From assembly GCA_010093605.1 (NCBI GenBank), contig MU004181.1, forward strand, positions 3,038,001-3,102,000: 64,000 nt of DNA. Reading direction: 5' to 3'. The notes under the pieces were generated by a model that saw nothing but the letters and a program-made list of their open reading frames with translations, ran no database searches and was not told where the DNA came from. Each line of letters starts with the position of its first letter. The first letter of the stretch is position 1. The stretch is from Lophium mytilinum. Taxonomy: Eukaryota. Positions 12,326 through 23,448 of this stretch are shown one piece after another. A program made the position numbers and the translations under genes.

Positions 12326-14107
12326 TACAGCTCACGTGGGGGGTCGATGTTAGGTCTAAGCGGGGATACTAGCGCGTCGAGGTGTTCGTCCAGCAAAGCA
12401 TTACGGACGCAAGGGAGCGGATCCGGGAATAACCTTCTAGACGCTTTTGGGGGATGCGTGCATGGCGCGTGGTGCGAAACGTGGGAGAGAAACCAGGTTC
12501 TCGGAATCCAACGGTGCTTGAGAAGTGTTATTTGCGCGGCTGGCGTATATGTGCTAGCGAACTATAGGTACATTAGAGATAGCGAATTTGGGGGAGGGGG
12601 GACTACGATGCATGTGGTGTGCGGGACGGGATTGGCTTCCGGGTGGTCTGTTTTTCTTGCTGTGGAGTTGGTATTTATAGATTTCGTTCGGTAGTTGGGC
12701 GGACGCATGCGACTAAGATCGTCGGATGTTTGGGGTCGGATGTGCTAGTTGAGCTGGCTTGCATTGGGAGAGTTTGGTTAATGGATATCGGATCATGCTG
12801 TTTGCTATTTTGGAAAGGAGTTGCGCGTTTCTGAATGCTATGGCTTGGGCTTGGGCGCGGTGGTGATGGGTGGGAAGCGATGCTGCACAAGAAGCTGTAC
12901 GACTATGACTATCGAAGAACCATAAAAAGAACAGCAAGTTTATTAGCTTTGTCACAAAGATAGCTGTGTGGGTTAGTTTGATTTGTACCAGCGAATTGCC
13001 CATGGCTTCGAGCACTTATGCAGGCTGTGGAAGTATCCGTCTCTCGCGGTCCACGACTCAATTCAAATAGATCGTCACTACCCTAAAAGGAGGATTGCCA
13101 GCCGATCTCCTTGGGAACATACTGCTGGTAGGTATCTTTAGCTCCCAAGACGTGGGAGTCCTACCCAGGTACATACATCCACGCAGTTAGGGAAATAGTG
13201 TAGTCGCGCGACCGATCTCCCGCCCCCATATCAAAGCCTGGTACGTAACACGAGCGAGCAGCGCAGGGGCCCAGAATGCGGCCCAGCCTTGCATCTATTA
13301 ACGGGCTCCCTTGGGCTGGGAGACCAAGATTGCCGAGTGTGGGGTCGGTGCTTGTGCTGTTGATTATAATGATTATGTTGCTCGCTTCTGGCGAACGGGC
13401 GCTGCGTTTGGGAGGGTGGAGATTTGATGCTGATACGAGGGAGGCGAGGCTTACATGGGTCGGAATGATTGATGTATTACAAAGCGCTGGGCGGGGAAGG
13501 AGTCAGCATGAGCTGGCGTGTAAGTTTGGAGCGGAAAGGGTTGTTGATAGTGGTGAGAGGGTAGGGGGTAAGTGAGACGGGGAGGGGGCGTGTCTACAGT
13601 CATCATGACCGAAGCCTATTATAGTCATTATTACACTCGGTAGCTGTGTAGGAAATGTCTTACATCTGAGAGTATGGTAATCTGGGTTGAGCAGCTTAAA
13701 TTACGCTTCGACGCTTCGTGTGAAGCAATGCTAGCCACTAGCTAAGAATCCAAGGCGTTAGAGCGGTGATGAGAAATCCTCTCAGCCGAAAGTGGTCGAG
13801 CTAGCTTGAGGAGTAATCGATAATGATCAGATGCTGGACAGGAATGCTCAGCGGCATGAGTCGCATACAAACTTACCTCTGCTACAATTAGGAACATGAA
13901 TGCGGGAGGATCAAAATAGCAAAAAGGTGTACATTACATAGCGTACGAGTCCCGCCGAGCCAGTCGGACGTATGCTTGTTTACGGTCTCGTCATGTCGCC
14001 AGCAGCGTCCTGCCGTGGATACTCTTGTTTATTCTTAGATGGTGGCATATGTCGTTGGGGGTTATTGGTGGATTGTGACACGGTGGTTTCATGCACTTGA
14101 TGTATAA

Positions 14108-15451
14108 TCAAACTCTGGTTCTCTTCCATCGCGAATGAGGTAAGTTTCCCTCCTCGTCACTATCGGCATCGCCGACACTCTCTTCTCGTCGACGCTTGAG
14201 CGCAGTTCCATGCAGAAGAGGCGGCATGGTGCCTAAAGTTAGACCGGCTTGACCAAGAGCGCGGGAGGCTCGTGATGAGACACTCACCAAAGTCCTTGAG
14301 ATTGTCGCCCGCGCAAGGGTTCGAGTAGGTTTGGTGTTTGTTTTGATGGTTCTCACGCTGATCAGAGAAGACGGCCTGATGCTAGGCAATGTCGATCGAT
14401 GAGCGGCCAGCGCTTCCGATTTCAGCTCAAGGACATCCCTCAAAGCCTCCTCGTTGTCTGAAAGCACCGTGTAGATTCCATCGCGAGTACAGTGTAGCTT
14501 CAGGTCGCAAGAAGGCGGCGCGACTGCTTCAGGTCCGTACTTTGCGATCGCATCCCAAGTCGACTTTTGGAACCATTGGCTGACCCATTGCACCGGCACT
14601 GCAGTCCACTCTTTGCCCCCGTTAGCGTATGCTTCATCGTCGTCGAGCCACACTTTCCACATCAAGAACGATACTCGCGCTGATGTTCGATCAAAAGGGT
14701 TGATGACACCTGTCAAAGCGAAGCGCTCCCATGACCATCCAAACTCTGCTTGGGGATCAGCCAGATCGTAGTATGGCTCTCGCAAGTTACCTCGAATCAT
14801 AATTCCGAACGCATGCGTTAACTCGTGGAGGATTGTAGTTGCGAACATGAAATCAAAGCGTAGTCTGTCGCAGAGGCTACTAGAAGAATACTCGCACTCA
14901 ATAAACTCCCTAGAGCTGTCGCGGAGTTTGATAGTTGTAGGATGGGCCGATGTGAAGACTGGGCTCCAGAATCTAGCAAGGTACGATGTCTCCTTGCTGG
15001 TGTCTTTACACGTGAGAGCAAAGCATTTCAGCTCCTCGACAAACTGAAACTCGACACAGTACGACAAACCTACCAGGATAGACCGGATTTCGCGAATCAT
15101 TTCTGCAGTTCGTTGCCGGGATCGCTTGGGTTCTGATAAGAATACCTTTTGCGGCTGTGACGCTCGCATCGATGTCCCGAACGCTGGACGGATATACCAC
15201 TCAAGCATTGCCTCGGATTCAAGAAACAAGGACGCCAATCGAAGGCTGGGCCGCATTCTCTGGTAAAGAGAGAAGTCTACATCGCGAAAGTTCGATCGTC
15301 GAAAGACTGGATGTATGATATCCTCTAGATCTGGGAGGCGTACAGACGCATCATTGAAAAGACGATAACGATCATTGGAGTTGGCATACGCGATGAGCTT
15401 CTGTGGTGTTCTTGCTGCAGCATCCTCGTCTGCTCGAGCTGATGTGCTCAT
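14108..15451 (-). CDS. Uncharacterised HExxH (zincin-like) protein
   Basis: Intronless ORF of about 447 aa; FATTILHELTHAF followed by EPYY..AEFGWSWE; basic C-terminus (LKRRR, RWKRTRV). Confidence 0.75.
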   Translation of the reverse strand: MSTSARADEDAAARTPQKLIAYANSNDRYRLFNDASVRLPDLEDIIHPVFRRSNFRDVDFSLYQRMRPSLRLASLFLESEAMLEWYIRPAFGTSMRASQPQKVFLSEPKRSRQRTAEMIREIRSILVGLSYCVEFQFVEELKCFALTCKDTSKETSYLARFWSPVFTSAHPTTIKLRDSSREFIECEYSSSSLCDRLRFDFMFATTILHELTHAFGIMIRGNLREPYYDLADPQAEFGWSWERFALTGVINPFDRTSARVSFLMWKVWLDDDEAYANGGKEWTAVPVQWVSQWFQKSTWDAIAKYGPEAVAPPSCDLKLHCTRDGIYTVLSDNEEALRDVLELKSEALAAHRSTLPSIRPSSLISVRTIKTNTKPTRTLARATISRTLVSVSSRASRALGQAGLTLGTMPPLLHGTALKRRREESVGDADSDEEGNLPHSRWKRTRV

Positions 15452-16709
15452 GGTGGCTGGCCAATCGAGTAGCAACAAGCTAAGTAAGTCGATTTAAAGG
15501 TGGAAATATTCTTTTCCTGCTAGCCAGCTGCACTTATCACCCTGGGAAATAGATCACAGCTTACATGTTGACGGTAGGCTCGGTGACACAGGCATAATCG
15601 AATAACTGCAGCTGAACAATAGCATTGTATACGATACTCATCATAAAGGTTGGACTTCAAGAACAAAGAACATCTGAAGATGGCGATAAAGGTGGCGATG
15701 AAATTAGACAAGGACATTGTTAACGTTAACGACATCATGGTCAAGCACCCGCTTTGCATGCTGGCTGTGGTTGACGACTCACGGAAACTTGATGAGAAGG
15801 TAGAAGACGTTGCCCTAGAGCCTTACCTATGTGCGTGCCTGCTCAGCACTGCCTTGGGGGTGCGAACGTAACTTAGAAGATCTAGGTTGGAGGTAAGTTT
15901 TACTCAGGTAAGCCTGGGCAGAGTCTTAAAAGTGCAACCACCGCCCGTTGCTTAGCTGGACCGCTTCAGACTGTGCTTACAGATGGAGAACGCATATAAG
16001 AAGTAGTAATTTGGTTTGGACGGGAGTACTGGAAGCTCCTCAGCTGACAAGATAAGGAGACAACATAGCTATCCAATCCTGCCGGAGACTCCAGGCAGGG
16101 TACTCTGAAGATATTTTGCCTTTTGGTCACATAGAACTAGAGGTACTGTTTCGTCCTAGGAAGGCTCTCCGTGGTATATGGAGTGATCGCCGTAAACGTT
16201 TTTGTTTTAGATTTGAGTAAAACACCTTTAATGTCACACCTGTTTGGAACGCAATTAGACTATATTGCGTTTCATTTTGACTGGCTACAAACATGCCTTG
16301 ACCTTGATCATCGAGACAGTGAAATGGATGGAGCTCGAAGATATGCCTGAGCGTTTTCCCAGGGAACACTAAGATGGCAGTGTCCGCACCAAGTATTCCG
16401 TGCCGACAACTAGTTTCTACTACCACTTCTTTTCATCACGTGCACTCGCGTGGAGAGCAATCGCGCTTCTAGCGACTGGACCTCCTCACTTTCGCGACTC
16501 CACCCACAGCCTTCACCACCATCATTAACGCAAGCTTCGTCTAGGACGACCTAACTTGAGTCTCTCTGAAGCCTCTATGCTACTCCATCGATAGGACATA
16601 CTCACTTAAGTCAATTGCGCCGCCCGACCCGCGCGGTCCATCTTACCTGTTGTCGACGCCAACTTCCCCTCGTCTGGCCGGCGGTTCTGCACGTACCGCT
16701 GTGCTCAGC

Positions 16710-19700
16710 ATGGACCATCGCGCCTTTCACGAGAAGGCGAAAACCCTCAAACCAGACCAAGAGATCGCTAGTAGGCGGTACTGGGTGGGCATCCTGAAAC
16801 ATGATCTCACCGAGCCGGACCCATCGACTGAGGCCGATTTTCTTTGGATCAAAGCGCATGCGGTTTGTGGCCTGTCTCGCCACTGTTGAAGTCTGGCTAA
16901 CACCTTGCGATAGAAAATCACCGTGCAGGTACTCACTTCGGAGTACGAGAAGCGATTCTGCTCCGATATTTCTCTAGAACTGGATAACGAGGCGCCTACG
17001 CACAGTACCCCACTTGCGGCCCTCAACACCTACGGCGACAACATTATCATATTTCGCGCTGTCCTAAAAACTGCAGCACCTCGACCCGCTCTGCAGCCTG
17101 TGAACCGACAATTGACCGCGGAACCGCAATTGCAGTTAACATCCCCTAGTAACGCAAAGGCACTCCTGACATCGCCAGCCGTACCCGACAGTGCGCCTAC
17201 TACAAACAATGCCACCACAGATGAGAACATAGTTGAGGGTCCTCCAGAGTCCACAGGTCAATCAACAGCTCAGACCGGTCTTCGTGACGCCACTACCTCC
17301 CAGGCCGTTCGGAGCTCCACGCCGGATATGGGGCCTATGGTTTCAAGACCTAAATCGCCACAGGACACGAAGCCCCAGATCAAGAATGAGCAAGAAGATC
17401 TTCGACCCGGTGTTTCTGGCCTCGATTCAGCTGGAGATTCCATTATGGCCGAAGCCACTCAGATGAAGGATGAGTCGCCGGAGCTAGAACCAGCGCCAAC
17501 GCCTTCGACGGAGCATCTTCTACGATTGATGGACGATGCGTCTCCGGATATTCTGGAAGTAGGAGTACGTAGAGCTATGAATTTGCTGAACAATCTTCAA
17601 GAGACGTTCTCGACAAATGCCGGAGTGGTTCAAGATGCGCAGCAATGGCTTGCATCTATCGATAACGTTCGGAAGCTCGCGATACGACAACGCACCGTCG
17701 TAGGCGTCGTAGGCAATACCGGCGCCGGAAAAAGCAGTGTCATCAACGCCATGCTTGACGAGGAGCGACTTGTCCCCACCAACTGCATGCGCGCATGTAC
17801 TGCAGTGGTAACTGAAATGTCTTGGAATGATAGCAAGGATGATCGCAAGAAGTACAGCGCCGCAATCGAGTTCATCTCAAAAGCAGACTGGGAGAAAGAG
17901 ATGAGCGTGTTGCTTAAAGATCTTCTTGGTCCTGACGGCGAAGTGTCCAGAGACTGTACAGATCCAGACAGCGAAGCTGGAGTAGCGTGGGCCAAATTCA
18001 AGGCTGTGTTCCCTCAGAAGACGAAGGACATGCTGGCTGGCAGCACGGTCGAATCACTTCTGAAGGACAAGTCGGTCCTGAGCGTGCTTGGAACTACTCG
18101 GAAGATCGTCGAATCGCAACCTGAAAGATTTTACAGCCGACTTCAGCACTATGTTGATAGCAAAGAGAAGGATACGAAGGTCGCCGGCAAGTATGCTGAG
18201 AAGAAGAAAGAAAAGAAAACCATGGAGTTCTGGCCGTTGATCAAGGTGGTGAAAATATACACCAAGTCTCCTGCGTTGTCAACTGGGGCTGTGATAGTGG
18301 ACCTTCCCGGTGTGCACGACTCAAACGCGGCCCGATCGGCCGTCGCCCAAGGGTACATGAAACAGTGTACTGGACTTTGGATTGTTGCCCCCATCAATCG
18401 TGCGGTTGATGATAAAGCAGCCAAATCCCTCCTAGGGGATTCATTCAAACGTCAATTGAAGTATGACGGGACATACTCGAACGTTACATTCATTTGTAGC
18501 AAAACAGATGATATCTCGATCACTGAAGCCGCCGACAGTCTTGGTTTGGACAAGGAAATATCTGAGTTTGACCAGGAAGAGCGGTCACTGAATCACCAAG
18601 TCAAGGATCTGGAAGAGAAAATCTCCGAGCTTCAAGAATCTAAGCAAATATACACAGAGATTATCGAGGAAATGGACGACCAGCTTGAAACCTGGGGAAC
18701 TATTGAAGATGACGTGCAGGACGGCCGCACAGTTTACCCACCAAAAAGTAAAGGCAAGCGAAAGCGGAATGCTTCTCCTGCTAAGTCTCGAAAGAGACGG
18801 GATCGCACTCCCGATTCCGACGACGACGACGACTTCGACGTTAGGAGCGGTTCCGACGACCCCAATGGTGAGCAGTCCGACGATGAGAACCAGACAGACT
18901 GCACTCCTCTCACCGAGGAGCAAGTTCACGATAAGATCAACGAGCTGAGGGACACTAAAAAGAATGCTCGGGCACAGAAGAGAGAGACGGACGTTGATAT
19001 CAAAGCCGCGAGGCAGAATATACGCCAACTTAAGGAAAAACGTGCCGATGTCAAGGCTAAGATGAGCGCAATCTGTATCGCCGGGCGGAACCAATACTCC
19101 AAGGGTGCGATCCAGCAAGACTTCGCAGCTGGAATTAAGGAACTCGACCAAGAAAATGCGATGGAGCAGGACGAGGAGAACTTCAATCCAGATGAGGACA
19201 TCCGGGACTATGACCATGTCGCCCGCAGCTTACCCGTATTTTGTGTCAGCAGCCGAGCTTACCAGAAGCTATGCGGGCGCCTCAAGAAGGATGCTCCCGT
19301 GCCAGGGTTCACGTCTATGGACGAAACTGAGGTAAGCTTCATACGCTAACTTTATCGCTAGTGCTCTGTTACATGCTCAAATATTCCTCACTCACGCGCT
19401 ATTGTCGCTGACTTTCAAATAGATTCCTCAGCTACAAGCTCACTGCAAGAAGCTAACGGAAGCTGGCAGGGCCTCGACTTGCCGCACATTCTTGAACAAC
19501 CTGAGCCAGTTACTTACATCACTGAACCTTTGGTCGTCGAACGATGGAAGCGGTATCAATTTCACGGACGAGGACAGGCGCAAGCAAGCTCATTTCCTAC
19601 ATAGGAAACTTGAGGAGCTCAGAAAGGTATGTGATTCCGCCTTGTCTCTAGAGGGGCTATAAAAGGCCTCAGCACAGGGCTGACACAACTCGGCCTACAG

Positions 19701-20995
19701 GGCTTGGAAAAATCTGTCACAGCGTGCGCAACCGAAATGAAGCACAGCCTCACCGAGAACGTCTATGACAAGTATGATGAAGCGATAGAAGAGGCTGCAA
19801 CAAACGCTGTCCCTACCGCCGCTCGCTGGAGTGCCCATAAGAATGATGGCGGCTTGCATTGGGGAACTTACAGAGCCACAGTTCGTCGAGATGGTGTGTT
19901 TGCTGGCTCCAAAGGTCTGCGAGACTTCAACGCGGAACTGTAAGTGCGATCCGCCAAATACTGAACTATGTCTAATTTACTCCTCAAGGGCCGAACCCAT
20001 CACCAAGCGACTTGCGAGTGGGTGGGAGCGCGCTTTCCAACGTCGGCTGCCACATGCATTGCAGACCTATACTCGCGTATCTTACAATAACCTGCTCACG
20101 TTCCACAAAACGATGGAGACGAGGGCTCAACTGGTTGGGACTGCGACACACGGCCTTGTTATCCTTGCCCAGCAGCTCCCCACATATCAGAAGAGCTTTA
20201 CGGATCTTGCCGGAGCCATGGCGCAAATTATGACCGAATGGCAGCGCGATGCTAACCGGGAGTTCACGCCGGTCATCGCAGCAGCCATGCAGACAGGCTA
20301 TGAAAACTGCAGTAGCCAAGTTGGTAAGGCAAGCCTCTTCAATAAAGACCGCCAATTTGCTAATCAACTGTGCATCAGGTACCGGCATGTTTGTAAGGAT
20401 GAAGGGCATCATGGCGGGTCACGTGGAGCAGGAAAAGAACTCAATGTTCCGCGATGCCACTGATACCGTAAAGGAGCGCTTGTCAAAAATGGTGGAGACC
20501 GTAGACGAGTCAATGCGGGAGCGTGGAGACGCTATTTTCGAAAACATGCGCCGCGACTACATGGCAATACTCGGCGGAGTTCACATCCGTCCAGGCGAAG
20601 TGATGCCTAGGGCCGAGCGTATGCTGAGAAAGAATGTTCTCGACTTTTTACTCAGCGCGGACGACCACTTCAAAGCCGTTCTGGATGGCGAGGTTGACGA
20701 AATCGTCGAGGAAGCAAAGGACGAGCCGGCAGAAGAAGACAAGGAAAGCGATTTCGAGGAGATGCAGGACGATGACGAAGACATGGACGATGTCAACGAC
20801 GACGAGACCGCTTCGCGAGCTGCTTCTGCAGCAACAGGTCCGTCCAACAGCCATGAAGAAACAAGCCGCAATGATAATAGCACTCGGGTTTCGGATTTCG
20901 GATACAGCGCTCCCAAATCTACAGTCCCGTCTGTTGCTCCGTCCACAGTCCCGTCCGTTGCTCCATCCGCGTTGCCAGACGTAGCAGACGACTAG
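16710..20995 (+). CDS. Dynamin-superfamily large GTPase, SLIP-GC/NUGGC-like
   Basis: G1 GNTGAGKSS, VPTNCMRACT, G3 DLPG, G4-like SKTD, coiled coils; introns at about 16863-16912, 19332-19422, 19627-19700, 19940-19988, 20324-20378; acidic C-terminal tail with STVPSVAP x2. Confidence 0.85.
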
Positions 20996-22224
20996 TCCGA
21001 TGTTCATCGCGACGACGAGTAGCTCTCTTCGGCCGCTCCACTTCCTTTTGGCCACTTGCACTGGTTCGCCAAAAATACTGGGTTCTTGCATATTTTAGGG
21101 GCCTGCTGTGTGTGTGAAAGAAGTATCAACTACCATCAGCCCCGCTCCAACCTTCTTTTCTCATCCCTTTCCTGGGAAAAAACGTGTATATCAAGTTGCC
21201 TTGATCTTCTTTCCGTAGCATATTGGTTGGCCTGAAAAGGATCCATTATGCACCTAGGGTTGTTATTTCGGGGTAGGGGTTGGACAAGATACATGGCGTT
21301 GGCGGCATATCATGCGTGAGCTTGAGATGGTTCGGAGATCTGCAGGAGTAGATGACCAGGTTTGTGGATGCGGATGGAAGCGGACATACCCGCATGATAT
21401 CCATGGGTAGTAGGGAGAATACACCCTTACATGATAATTCATGCCTTATTTCGTGTTTTCGCGGCCTCAAGTCGTTTGCGATCTAAACTACCATGGTTCG
21501 CCGTTGTTACGTGTACCCATAAACAATCGTTTACGGATCCGTAAAAAGGCAAGATATCATAATATGTTGAACAGCCTGCGATTCTAATTGGCCTCGTATG
21601 TCCGCGTCTTCATGATTGGCAAGTCGATTCTGCTGGTATGTCACGTGACAATGGCCCCTATCTGGACTGGCGCATATATCAGGGGCTTTCTGGTCAGCAT
21701 CGTGCCTTTCCTCTGGCAGAGGACCCTTCGGAGAAAAGTGTGCCCATGCTCTCTTAGACGCGAAGGACAGTTGTTGTGTCGTGACTGTTTTCTGCTTCTG
21801 CTGGCCGACTTCCCGAGTGCCGAGACAACGAGTCACCGAGCGAGAGCATGAGGACTCTCAGCAACGTGGTAATGAATCAGCCTACAACTACAACGAGTAC
21901 TATGGATCGATTATAGAATCACATCGTATATGTTTGGAACCCGACAAATGCATTGTGCTCATTTTTGATGAATGAAGGGGAAAGGATGTTCTTGTCGACG
22001 GAGGACAACATTGGGGAGTACCAAAACCACTAGTCTCTTGCACTGATAGTATATATGACAATCTCAGTGGGAGCCCGAGGGGGTCGACCGTGTGTCTATA
22101 AAGGTATTGCTGCGACCAGGAACAGCTGACGATTCGAGAGTCTGTTACCTATATTCATTATCAGAAACCTACCACACCATCATTTAGATCTCTCTCAACT
22201 GTCAAATTGTATTCAACCTAAACT

Positions 22225-22680
22225 ATGGCCGGAGGAGGAAACCATGTTACCGGGACGCCATCGTATGACTTTCCTTCCGCTCTCACATTCCGCCACCCTA
22301 TCCCACCAAACCAAGATTGACCCACGAGGCCAAAAACTAATATTAGAGTTTCTTTAGGTGGCCTATAGGCGGCTGGGGAAACCCAAACGCCTCCGGCGGC
22401 CAGCCCCAAAAGTACATCACGAGCTACTCCATCTCCGCAAACCGCCAGAGGCCCCTCGCTGGTGCGTTGAATGCTGCGATTTTCAATACTTGGAGGAGAT
22501 TTCGAGGACAGGTCCTATATGTGGCACCGCCTCTCGTGGCGTCGCAGCTGTGCATGATGTGGTTGATTGAGAGGTAAGGCAGTGATTTCCGGTGATGGTG
22601 TCGGTCTAGCTGACACTCATGACAGGAGAGAATTTCTTGATAGCAAAGCGGGGCGTAAGGCTGCTGAGCTTGAGAAGTAA
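22225..22680 (+). CDS. QCR8: Cytochrome bc1 complex subunit 8 (UcrQ family), divergent copy
   Basis: Exons 22225-22262, 22358-22573, 22626-22680 give MAGGGNHVTGTPSWPIGGWGNPNASGGQPQKYITSYSISANRQRPLAGALNAAIFNTWRRFRGQVLYVAPPLVASQLCMMWLIERREFLDSKAGRKAAELEK*; this frame is absent from the ORF track. Confidence 0.88.
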
Positions 22681-22866
22681 ATACTGGGATAGCTATGCTG
22701 AAGGCATTGCGTTGTCGATGATATACAGTATTGGGATATAGGATTAGCTACTCTTGTTTGCTACCATATAGGCTACCGCCACGGGCTTTCAGAACTCCAA
22801 ATGCGATGAGGAGGTCGATACAGTGAAGCGGGGCTTCCTGTGACCGAAAGACACATGGTAGACGGA

Positions 22867-23448
22867 CTACTCCTGACAGTGGTAAAGAGCGAGCAAGACT
22901 GGAACCCGAGCAGTGATATATTCGTGTACCTCAACATATCTTCGCGTGTGGTATTGGGATCTCGGAGCGCATTGGAACCAAGATGGATGACTGTCCTGTG
23001 TAGTGGGCATCTCGTGTGCAACAGTATCGATGATCCTCACGCCGAGGAGCTCCTGCGCCTCTTGCCGTCCATCTATCTCTACTGGTTTAGTCGAACTGCT
23101 TAATTCTGGTCGGCTTACTTCAAGCAGCTCTGGTACGTTCGGAGGCTGCGGTTCCTGACGTCCACTCATGTCTGATGCATCCGACTTATCGTTCTTGTTC
23201 CTCTTCTTCTTTACAATAAGGACAATGTTAATAATTATGATTGAAAGACTGACGATAGCGCCAATGACGATGCCTGCAATCGTCCCTCCTGCGAGAGGGT
23301 GACTACTAGATGAGTGTTGTAATTTTGTATTATTTGGCATCGATATACTTCCTAGGGGCTGAATAGCTACGATGTTTTCCGAAGGCATCGGAGACTCAAA
23401 TACAGCTTGGGAGACGGAGAATTTGGACCGATCGTAATCAGCAATCAC
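22867..23448 (-). pseudogene. C-terminal remnant of a membrane-anchored aspartic protease
   Basis: VIADYDRSKFSVSQAVF (last strands of the pepsin fold), LAGGTIAGIVIGAIV.. TM, KKKRNK stop-transfer, PVEIDG/AHEMP cytoplasmic motifs; no ATG, signal peptide or DTG motifs upstream. Confidence 0.65.

Noticed and set aside
15520..15871. 73-79 aa ORFs upstream of the HExxH gene
   Set aside because: Better explained as the spliced 5' leader of the - strand gene (donor near 15826, acceptor near 15480).
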